A stretch of 32,000 bases of DNA, taken from positions 49-32,048 of the forward strand of contig JBMSAQ010000023.1 of the NCBI GenBank assembly GCA_049414405.1, written 5' to 3'. Of this stretch, positions 1-8,119 are shown one piece after another; position 1 is the stretch's first letter; each line of letters opens with the position of its first letter. The notes beneath the pieces are model-generated. The model was given only the letters and a program-made list of their open reading frames with translations, had not been told where the DNA came from and made no database searches. This DNA comes from Candidatus Nanopusillus sp. GTDB taxonomy: Archaea > Nanobdellota > Nanobdellia > Nanobdellales > Nanobdellaceae. The position numbers and the translations under genes are program-made.

Positions 1-13
1 ATTAAATATTGCT

Positions 14-87
14 GGGCCCGTAGCTTAGTCTGGTAAAGCGTCGGGCTTTTAACCCGAAGATCGGGGGTTCGAATCCCCCCGGGCCCG
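14..87 (+). tRNA. tRNA-Lys (anticodon UUU), no intron, no encoded CCA
   Basis: It folds as a cloverleaf by hand. Acceptor GGGCCCG/CGGGCCC, D arm GCTT..AAGC, anticodon stem TCGGG/CCCGA with loop CTTTTAA (TTT), T arm GGGGG-TTCGAAT-CCCCC, discriminator G87. About 64% G+C by my count. Confidence 0.93.
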
Positions 88-161
88 GGTTCGATTATCA
101 TAAATGATTAAGGTTATTAGCAATCATAATTTTATATACTACAATATCTTTTAAATATATC

Positions 162-1100
162 ATGAAGATAAAGAAGATATTATACTTTGACTATAATAAA
201 TTTTCTATTGTTAATTTCTGCACCTAATATATATTCACAAGTAGGAGCGGCTGTTGTTGGAAGTAATAGTGCTGCAGCTAATAGTATAACGTTACCTACA
301 GCAAATTTATATTATTGTGTTGCTTCTTCTGCTGGTTCAACTCTTACTCCAAGTTTTAATATAATGGTAAATAATGGAAATTATGCAGTAATAGGAAATT
401 CTAGTACAAATTTATGTTCATTTACTACTACAGCTACAAATCGTGTAATAGGCGGAATTTCTGTAAATAACTATTCGGTTTCAGTTATTTTAGCTACTTT
501 TACAAATACATATACTGCAACACGTACGGTAACAATTTCATTTACGGTTTCTGGACAAAATAATACAGTATTAATATTATTATCTTCGGGAGGAACAAAT
601 AGAGGAGGAACTATTAGTGGAGTATCATTGCCTGCTGGATGTTCTCAATTATTTTTAACATCTTCCGGAACTGTAGCTAGTGTATATGCTGCGGTATGTA
701 ATAGATTAGCTCCGGGTACTTATAGTGTCTCATTTACTGTTAATCGTGGTCTAGCATCAACAGTATATGTTTCTGCATTAGTATTGGGATTCCCAGTATT
801 TACCTTTAATATTACAGGACCCAACAGTATAAGTGTTTATACAAATTATAGTAATTCAACAACAATATATGTAAATCAACTAACAGGAAATACAGCTTTG
901 TCCGTTAATTTATCTTGTTCAACAAATAGTAGTTATTTATATTGTTCACTATCAAATATTACTGTACTCCAAATGCATCAGTAACATTAACTGTTGCTGC
1001 ATCATCATCAATTACTCCAGGAACATATTCAGTAACAATAACTGGTGTTGCATTAAATGGTGCTACTAATTCTACTACTATAACGGTTAATGTACAATAA
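162..1100 (+). pseudogene. Secreted, sequon-rich surface protein, disrupted by two frameshifts; may be the 5' part of one larger gene with 1101..2898
   Basis: The ATG at 162 gives MKIKKILYF and then hits a stop at 225-227. The shifted frame (187..984) continues with the signal-peptide core LTIINFLLLISAPNIYSQ|VG and a T/S/N-rich body with many N-x-S/T sequons and LAPGTYSVSFTV. A third frame (open 933..1100) encodes YYCTPNASVTLTVAASSSITPGTYSVTITGVALNGATNSTTITVNVQ*, a second copy of the PGTYSV module. Confidence 0.6.
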
Positions 1101-2898
1101 TTATATAATAATCCACAAATATATATTATATCTCCATCTAACAATTCAATATCAAGCTATTATCAACTAAATATATCATTATTATACAAATTATCCAGAA
1201 TGTAAATGTAACAATAAATGGACAGACGTATAGCATAAGTGTAACACCAGGTAATAATATTATTCAATTGAATTATCAAAATTCATCATATGATTTACCA
1301 GGATTATATAATATTATATCAAATGGAGGAAATATTATAATACAATTATCAACGTCCAATCCATTGGGACAAACAAATTCAACTGGAATATATGTTTATA
1401 CATTACCTCCACCAATATTTAATGTATCATATATATATCCTACACCACCAAATGGTACACGAGAAAATATATGGTTACTAGGAATTAATACAAATATATA
1501 TGATAATACTCTAGGTCGATATTATTGTCAGATACAATTCTTAAATCAAACAAGTAATCAATGGGTAACAATAGTAAATTCATGTTCAGATATATTATAT
1601 AATAAAATATTGCAACAATATGCAGTATTGTGTAGTGACGGATATTATTCCGTATGGTATAGGGTATATGCATACAATAGTTATGAATTATATCAATATA
1701 TGAATCCACGAGTAATGTATATAGCTCAAAGTGCATATAATGTATCAGTAGTGAATAATACATTAAGTAATACACAAATACAAGGAATAATAAATTCCGC
1801 AATTAATAATTCAATACCAGTAGTAATATTCCCTCCAGGAGTATATTTAGTAAACTTATTAATAGATCTACAAGGTAAAAACATAACATTATTGGGACAA
1901 AATGCAATATTTGAACCTGCAAACCCAGGATTACCAGTTATAGATATAAAATCCTTAAATGTAACAATACAAAATATAAATATTAATACAAATCTATTTG
2001 CAATAAATGCAAATAACGGAGTATTGAACATAATAAATTCAAATATAAATTCAGGATTATTTGGAATAAATGTAAAAAAATCCATCAGTAGTAAATGTAT
2101 ATAATTCTACAATAAAGGGAAATATAGGAGGAATATCTGGTTACATACAAAATTCAACAATAAACAATACCAATATACAATCTTCTATATAGGGTGTGTA
2201 TATTAATAATCCATATAACGTAACAATAGATAATTCAAACATAAATGGACAAATATTTGGATTATATCTTGATGGAACTGCAATAAATAATACAATTAAA
2301 GAACAGTAATATAATATCTAATATATTTGGAATAAGAATAAATAACGGAAATAATAATATTATAATAAATAATAGGATACAATCAAACATATTTGGAATA
2401 TATTTAACATCATCAGGAAATAATATAGAAAATGTTTATATAAAGGTAGGACAAGTATTTGGATTGTATATAACTCAGCCAAATAGCATAATAAATGTAA
2501 CAACATATGGTGGGTTGTTCGGATATTATTTAACTGGTAATGCGGTAAATATATCGCTATATAATTCACAATTAGGAATTGCAATATATGGAAGTGGATA
2601 TATAAATAATTTGACAACATCTACGGGAAACGTAGACATATATTATAATAATTCACAAGGATTCATAAATAGTTTAAGTAGTATAATAAATAAAACAAAA
2701 GTAAATGATACGCTATATAATTATTATGCAGGTATATCAATAATAGGAACTATAAATGGAAATATTACATTTATCAATTTGCCACCCGCTACTAATTATA
2801 TTGTAGAAAGGATAGTAGCAAGTAATAGAAATATAATATCTACAAATAATACATTTATACCACAAGGATTTGGAAATTATCAACTATTTTATTCATAA
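1101..2898 (+). pseudogene. Parallel beta-helix repeat (PbH1/NosD-like) surface protein, disrupted by frameshifts and in-frame stops
   Basis: The coding signal hops frames: frame 0 for 1101..1205, frame 2 for 1142..2104, frame 0 for 2076..2309 (with an in-frame TAG at 2190-2192), and frame 1 for 2287..2898. There is no ATG at the start of any piece. The ~22-aa repeats N-x-x-I-x-x-x-(I/L)FG(I/L)Y(I/L) continue seamlessly across every break: LFGINV, I*GVYI, IFGLYL, IFGIRI, IFGIYL, VFGLYI, LFGYYL. Confidence 0.65.
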
Positions 2899-2920
2899 AT
2901 CTTTTGGATAATTTTTCTTT

Positions 2921-3712
2921 ATGAGTCTGGATACTTTAATATTGGCGGGGGGGTTTGCAAAGAGATTTAGACCATTATCAGATTATGTACCAAAACCATT
3001 ATTTCCGGTAGGAGGAGTACCTTTAATATATTATATAATAGAAAAAGCATTAGAAATTGGATCAGATGAGATAATTATATCTACAAATAAAAAATATGAA
3101 AATCATTTTAGGCATATTTTAGCATCATTGTATTCTTTTTATGAACCATCTCAAATTGGAAAAATAAGATTAGTAATTGAACCATCAAATTCTGAAGAAA
3201 ATAAGCTGGGATCAATTGGTGGTTTACATTATGCAATAAAAGAAATGGGTATAAATAATAATCTATTAATATTGCTGGGAGATAATCTGTTTAGCTTTAA
3301 TTTAAATAAAATAATTAAATTGGGAAATGAAAATAATTCTATAGCCTTGGCAATATATGATATAAAAAATTATGAGGATGCAAAAAATTATGGTGTGGTA
3401 AAATTAGAAGATAATATAATAAAGGAATTTTATGAAAAATCTCAAAATCCTCCATATACCACAATATCTACCGGAATATATTATATCCCAAAAGAAAAAT
3501 TATATCTATTAGATGAATATATGAAGTCTAATTATAGTAAAGATTCTATGGGAAATTTCTTCGAATATTTAATAAAAAGGGGAGAAAAATTGTATGGATA
3601 TGTATATGATGATAATGAATATTGGTTTGATATTGGTACGGTAGAAGCTTATCAAAGAGCGAATAATTTTGCAAATGAAAAAGGTTTATATAGAAGATGG
3701 ATATGGCCATAA
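2921..3712 (+). CDS. Sugar-phosphate nucleotidyltransferase (NTP_transferase family)
   Basis: N-terminal LILAGGFAKRFRPLSDYVPKPLFPVGG matches the LAGGxGxRLxPLT..xPKPL signature. The length (263 aa) and the LGDNLF motif also fit. Confidence 0.7.
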   Translation: MSLDTLILAGGFAKRFRPLSDYVPKPLFPVGGVPLIYYIIEKALEIGSDEIIISTNKKYENHFRHILASLYSFYEPSQIGKIRLVIEPSNSEENKLGSIGGLHYAIKEMGINNNLLILLGDNLFSFNLNKIIKLGNENNSIALAIYDIKNYEDAKNYGVVKLEDNIIKEFYEKSQNPPYTTISTGIYYIPKEKLYLLDEYMKSNYSKDSMGNFFEYLIKRGEKLYGYVYDDNEYWFDIGTVEAYQRANNFANEKGLYRRWIWP

Positions 3713-3742
3713 ATAAAAGTTTTTCTTATAAATTATTTTTAG

Positions 3743-5518
3743 ATGATAAGATCTCCAATAATTGTTGTTTTAGGTCATGTTGGAGCTGGCAAAACTTCTC
3801 TATTAGATAAGATTAGAAATACATCTTATGCAAAAAAAGAAGCTGGTGAAATGACTCAACATATTGGGGCTACGGAAGTATCAATTGATATAATTAAGGA
3901 AATCTCAAAACCATTATTAAATATGTTCAAATTTGACTTAAAAATTCCCTCTCTATTATTTATTGATACCCCAGGTCATGAAGTATTTAGTAATTTAAGA
4001 AAAAGAGGAGGATCTGTTTCAGATTTAGCAATTATTGTTGTAGATATATTAGATGGTTTTCAGAAACAAACATATGAGGCAATAGAAATATGTAAGCAAT
4101 TAAAAGTACCGTTTTTAATTGCTTTAAATAAAATAGATAAAGTAGATGGGTGGAAATCATATGAAAATAAACCATTTTTAGAAAGTATAAAATACCAAGA
4201 TCAAAAAATAATAAATAAATTAGAAGAGTATACATACAATATTGTAGCTAAATTATATGAATTGGGTTTTGATTCCGATAGATATGATAGAATAAAAGAT
4301 TTTAGAAGACAGGTTGCGATAGTTCCAGTTTCTTCAAAAACTGGAGAAGGTATTCCAGATTTATTGTTATTAATTGCTGGGCTTTCTCAAAGATATTTAG
4401 AAGAAAAATTAAGAATAAATGTTGAAGGAAATGGAGTTGGAGTAACATTGGAAGTAAAGGAAGAAAAAGGTTTGGGTAGTGTAATAGATATAATATTATA
4501 TGATGGTAAAATAAAGAAAGGTGATAAAATTGCATTTTTATCAAGAGATGGTATTAAAACAACAAAAGTAAAATTAATATTAAAACCAGTACCTTTAACA
4601 GATATTAGATTCGCTGGTAGAAATAAATTTAAAGAAATAGATATTGCATATGCAGCAAGTGGTATAAGAATATCAGCAGATGGATTGGATGATGCTCTAC
4701 CAGGTTCTACAGTTTATGTATATAATGATGAAAAAGAATTAAAAGAAATAGAAAAAAAATTAAAAAAAGATATTGAAAACATAATATTTCAAACTGATAA
4801 AGAAGGTATTATTGTTAAAGCAGATACTTTAGGATCTTTAGAAGTATTGGTAAAAATGTTAAAAGATAGGAATATTCCTATAAAAAAAGCAGATATAGGA
4901 GATATAAATAAGGAAGATGTAAATATAGCACTATCTATGAAAGAAAAATATCCACAATATTCTGTTATAGTCGGATTTAATATTGGGATAAATAAAAATG
5001 ATGAAGAATATGTGGAATCTTCAAATATAAATTTGATAATATCAAATGTTATATACGATCTAATTGAAAAAATAGAGAGATATATTAACGATATAAAATA
5101 TAATAAAGAAAAAATATTAAAAGGATTGCCACCAGTAGGAAAGATAAGAATATTAAAGGGAAATATATTTAGAAGATCAAATCCTGCAATTGTTGGAATT
5201 GAAGTTTTGAAAGGAGAAATAAGGAAATATGTATATTTAATTAATTTAGATGGAAAAATAATTGGAAAAATTTTAGCAATACAAAAGGAGAAAAAGAATA
5301 TAGATGTAGCTATAAAAAATGATAAAGTAGCTATATCCATAGATGATGCAATAGTTGGAAGAAATATATTTGAAGATGACATATTATATACCTTTATATC
5401 TGAAAATGATTACAGAAAATTTAAGGAAAATAAAGATCTCTTAAGTGATGAACAAAAAGAAATATTAAAAGAAATAGCAGGTATAATGAGAAAGGAAAAT
5501 CCCGCCTGGGGGTTATAA
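3743..5518 (+). CDS. infB: Translation initiation factor aIF5B (IF-2 type GTPase)
   Basis: RSPIIVVLGHVGAGKTSLLD (G1), DTPGHEVF (G3) and NKIDK (G4), followed by beta-barrel and C-terminal domains. 591 aa is typical of aIF5B. Confidence 0.9.
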   Translation: MIRSPIIVVLGHVGAGKTSLLDKIRNTSYAKKEAGEMTQHIGATEVSIDIIKEISKPLLNMFKFDLKIPSLLFIDTPGHEVFSNLRKRGGSVSDLAIIVVDILDGFQKQTYEAIEICKQLKVPFLIALNKIDKVDGWKSYENKPFLESIKYQDQKIINKLEEYTYNIVAKLYELGFDSDRYDRIKDFRRQVAIVPVSSKTGEGIPDLLLLIAGLSQRYLEEKLRINVEGNGVGVTLEVKEEKGLGSVIDIILYDGKIKKGDKIAFLSRDGIKTTKVKLILKPVPLTDIRFAGRNKFKEIDIAYAASGIRISADGLDDALPGSTVYVYNDEKELKEIEKKLKKDIENIIFQTDKEGIIVKADTLGSLEVLVKMLKDRNIPIKKADIGDINKEDVNIALSMKEKYPQYSVIVGFNIGINKNDEEYVESSNINLIISNVIYDLIEKIERYINDIKYNKEKILKGLPPVGKIRILKGNIFRRSNPAIVGIEVLKGEIRKYVYLINLDGKIIGKILAIQKEKKNIDVAIKNDKVAISIDDAIVGRNIFEDDILYTFISENDYRKFKENKDLLSDEQKEILKEIAGIMRKENPAWGL

Positions 5519-5986
5519 TTTTTTAATTCTACGAAATTTTCTATCATATTCTCTATTTGTAACTTCTAAAACGTGAGAAGATTTTGATAACGAAATTATG
5601 GAATCTGTATCAAAAAAATCTTTTAATATATTTTCAATACTCTCCTTATCTATATTTATGTTTTGACCAGGTAATCTTGAATAAATTATGTTTATCGTAA
5701 TATCTTTAGGGATTTTAAAAAAATGTAAAGGCTCTAATTTTAATAAATTAAATATATTAAATTTTTTATTTGAGAAAAAAGAGAAAAATAATGGAAAATT
5801 ATCGATAAAAGTTCTTGGAATAAATCCAAAATAGAACGGATATGATACTTTTAAATTTATGTAAGTATTTATATTCAAATCAAAATCTATTACATTTATT
5901 GCATTTGTATCTGGCAAATTTAATATTATTCCATTAAAAAAGTTTGGAAATTCATCACTTTGTTCGATATGTAACAATTCTCTCAT
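5513..5986 (-). CDS. Family-I inorganic pyrophosphatase-like protein, apparently catalytically degenerate
   Basis: YPFYFGFIPRT matches the PPase core YP(x)NYGFIP(x)T, and IENILKDFFDT resembles the HFFEHYK helix. I chose the internal ATG at 5986 because the longer ORF (to 6127) would overlap rps6e by 68 nt. Confidence 0.45.
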   Translation of the reverse strand: MRELLHIEQSDEFPNFFNGIILNLPDTNAINVIDFDLNINTYINLKVSYPFYFGFIPRTFIDNFPLFFSFFSNKKFNIFNLLKLEPLHFFKIPKDITINIIYSRLPGQNINIDKESIENILKDFFDTDSIISLSKSSHVLEVTNREYDRKFRRIKKL

Positions 5987-6059
5987 AATAAATTTAAGAT
6001 ATTTTGTTATATAAAAATTTTCATTAAAAAATAAAAATATTTTCCTAAATTGATATAAA

Positions 6060-6452
6060 ATGGTAAATAAGAGAAAAGAAATTATATTTAAAGTTGTAGT
6101 ATCAGATCCGAAGACTGGAAAATCCATTCAGGTGCAAACAAAAGATGAATCTTTAATAGGTAAAAAAATTGGGGATATAATTGATGGATCAATAGTTAAT
6201 TTAGACGGATATAAATTAAAGATAACTGGTGGCTCTGGATTCGAAGGTGCCCCAATGGTAAGTTATGTTGAAGGAATGAATAAAAAATATGTGTGGTGGT
6301 ATGATAAAAGTAAAAAGGTAAGAGTTAAAAAATTGGTTAGGGGGAATATTATCTCTCCAGAAATTGTACAAATAAATACCAAAATAGAAGAATACGGAAA
6401 TAGAGATTTTAATCAATTATATGAAGAATTTAAATCTCAAAAATCTCAATGA
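6060..6452 (+). CDS. rps6e: 30S ribosomal protein S6e
   Basis: KVVVSDPKTGKSIQVQ..LIGKKIGDIIDGS...GYKLKITGGSGFEGAPM is the S6e signature region. 130 aa. Confidence 0.88.
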   Translation: MVNKRKEIIFKVVVSDPKTGKSIQVQTKDESLIGKKIGDIIDGSIVNLDGYKLKITGGSGFEGAPMVSYVEGMNKKYVWWYDKSKKVRVKKLVRGNIISPEIVQINTKIEEYGNRDFNQLYEEFKSQKSQ

Positions 6453-7645
6453 TAACTTCTTTAGGAATAGAATCTACTGCTCATACTTATTCAATTGGAA
6501 TTGTTGATGAGAACGGGAATATATATTCTAATGAGAGGATAATATACAAAAGCGAGAAAGGAGGAATACATCCGAGAGAGGCTGCAGAATTACATTCAAG
6601 GGAAAGTATTAATATTTTAAAAAATTCTGTATGGAAGGCTGGATTTGTTTTTAAGAAAATAAATGGCAAATTTTATATTGTAGATGCATTATATGAAATA
6701 AAAAATAAATTAGAAGGATCAAAAGAAATATTTTTTGATGAACCATGGAATAGAAGAAGATATATAATATATAATGATATTAGAATATGGATTGAAAATA
6801 ATAAAATAGTTTCTGATAATAAAGAATTAGAAAATAATTTAAATTTATATATAAATAATTTAAATAATTTTGAAAGAAAAATAAATTTGATTTCATATTC
6901 TGCTGGACCTGGTTTATATCCAACATTAATTCAGGCATATTTTAGCGGTAAATTATTTTCTAAAATATTTAATTCAAATTTAATTGGAGTAAATCATTTA
7001 ATAGCACATGTAGAAATTGTCAAGTTATATAATAAATTTACCAATCCTTTAATTTTGCTAGTTTCAGGAGCTAATACAATGTTATTGTCATTTGAAGGAA
7101 ATAAATATAGAATTGTTGGAGAGACTTTAGATATGGGTGTGGGAAACTTTTTTGATAAGATTGGTAGATTATTGAATATTGAATTCCCAGCAGGTCCAAA
7201 GATTGAAGAATTATCAAAAAAAGGAAAAAATCTAATAAAATTACCATATTCTGTTAAAGGAATGGATATACAATTAGGAGGGGTATATACGTATATAAAA
7301 AATCTAATAAAAAAGAAAAATGTTAATATAAATGATTTGGCCTATTCCATTCAAGAATATGTATTTTCAATGTTAGCAGAAATATCTGAAAGAGGATTAT
7401 CAATATTGGATAAAAAAGAATTTGGATTAACTGGCGGGGTTGCTGTAAATAAAAGATTACAGGAAATTTTATATTTAATGTGTAATGAAAGAAATGTGAA
7501 ATTTGGAACTGTTCCTCTAGATTTAGGAAATGATAATGGTGCAATGATTGCATGGACTGGAATATTATGGTACAAAAATAATATGAACATAATTGATGGA
7601 ATTAATCCATACTGGAGACCAGAGGATATTGAATATAAAATTTAA
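6449..7645 (+). CDS. kae1: Kae1/OSGEP-type tRNA N6-adenosine threonylcarbamoyltransferase with an insertion of about 83 aa
   Basis: LGIESTAHTYSIGIV, GGIHPREAAELH, SAGPGLYPTL, GVNHLIAHVE (HxxxH metal site), GETLDMGVGN, LTGGVAVN and GNDNGAMIAW. ATGA overlap with the rps6e stop. Confidence 0.85.
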   Translation: MITSLGIESTAHTYSIGIVDENGNIYSNERIIYKSEKGGIHPREAAELHSRESINILKNSVWKAGFVFKKINGKFYIVDALYEIKNKLEGSKEIFFDEPWNRRRYIIYNDIRIWIENNKIVSDNKELENNLNLYINNLNNFERKINLISYSAGPGLYPTLIQAYFSGKLFSKIFNSNLIGVNHLIAHVEIVKLYNKFTNPLILLVSGANTMLLSFEGNKYRIVGETLDMGVGNFFDKIGRLLNIEFPAGPKIEELSKKGKNLIKLPYSVKGMDIQLGGVYTYIKNLIKKKNVNINDLAYSIQEYVFSMLAEISERGLSILDKKEFGLTGGVAVNKRLQEILYLMCNERNVKFGTVPLDLGNDNGAMIAWTGILWYKNNMNIIDGINPYWRPEDIEYKI

Positions 7646-7673
7646 ATATTGTATTGTAAATCATTATATTATA

Positions 7674-7808
7674 ATGGTGGACCAGAACACTTTGTTGGAA
7701 TTAATAAAATTGAGGAGCAATGCAAAAAGGAAGAATTTGGGAAGTAATACAAAAGCAATAAGGAATTTAAGAAAGAAAATGGCCAGAGAAAATATTGTTG
7801 TGAGATGA
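7674..7808 (+). CDS. rpl29: 50S ribosomal protein uL29, unusually short (44 aa)
   Basis: LLELIKLRSNAKRKNLGSNTKAIRNLRKKMARENIVV aligns by eye to the L29 helix-turn-helix core (LxxLRxxxxxGxxxNxxxIRxxRRxIAR). It sits in the conserved position upstream of SUI1-Rpp29. The ATG at 7674 avoids overlap with kae1. Confidence 0.6.
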   Translation: MVDQNTLLELIKLRSNAKRKNLGSNTKAIRNLRKKMARENIVVR

Positions 7809-8119
7809 AAAAGAAACTTTTCTCAGGTCTTCCAATAGATTTAGAGAATACAACAAAAGAAATAGAAAAGGAGTTTCAGAAGATTATTGTAAGGGCTGAA
7901 AAAAGAAGTTATGGAAAAATTGTTACAATTTTGGAAGGTATAGATCCAGCTATTGCAAAAGAAACATTGAAGAATTTAAAACAAAAGCTAGGTTGTGGAG
8001 GAACATATAAAGACAATTTAATAGAATTACAGGGGGATCATAGAGAAAAAATAAAAAGATTATTATTGGATTTGGGTTTTAAGGAAGAAAATATAGAAAT
8101 ATCTAATGAAATTGAATAA
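7805..8119 (+). CDS. Translation initiation factor aIF1 (SUI1 family)
   Basis: IVRAEKRSYGKIVTILEGI...LKQKLGCGGTYKDNLIELQGDHREKIKRLLLDLGF is the SUI1 domain. ATGA overlap with rpl29. Confidence 0.88.
   Translation: MKKKLFSGLPIDLENTTKEIEKEFQKIIVRAEKRSYGKIVTILEGIDPAIAKETLKNLKQKLGCGGTYKDNLIELQGDHREKIKRLLLDLGFKEENIEISNEIE

Noticed and set aside
88-96. GGTTCGATT immediately after tRNA-Lys, resembling its T-loop GGTTCGAAT, as a possible att-site scar of an integrated element that carried the surface-protein locus.
   Set aside because: Only a 9-nt imperfect match. No integrase, second repeat copy or other mobile-element gene is present in the window.
2190-2192. The in-frame TAG in the beta-helix gene as a possible pyrrolysine or recoding site.
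   Set aside because: The same locus also carries a TAA and several frameshifts. The TAG aligns to a consensus F/Y position one substitution away (TAT). No Pyl machinery or other in-frame TAGs are seen in the window's intact genes.
4789-5382. Long antisense ORFs inside well-supported genes: 197 aa opposite aIF5B, plus 24330-24758 opposite top6B, 22639-22962 opposite the KH gene, 1485-2085 and 2360-2620 opposite the beta-helix gene, 13083-13382 opposite the SDR gene and 14417-14647 opposite thiI.
   Set aside because: They are F/S/I/L-rich mirror images of K/E/N/I-rich sense genes. They stay open only because the sense strand lacks the few codon-junction combinations that create antisense stops. 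No motifs were found, and the sense strand has strong homology signals.
6632-6880. The Kae1 insertion as an intein or a BHB intron.
   Set aside because: At about 83 aa it is too short for an intein. It lacks the Cys/Ser start, the His-Asn end and a downstream nucleophile. There are no GC-rich bulge-helix-bulge arms at its borders, and its composition matches the host gene.
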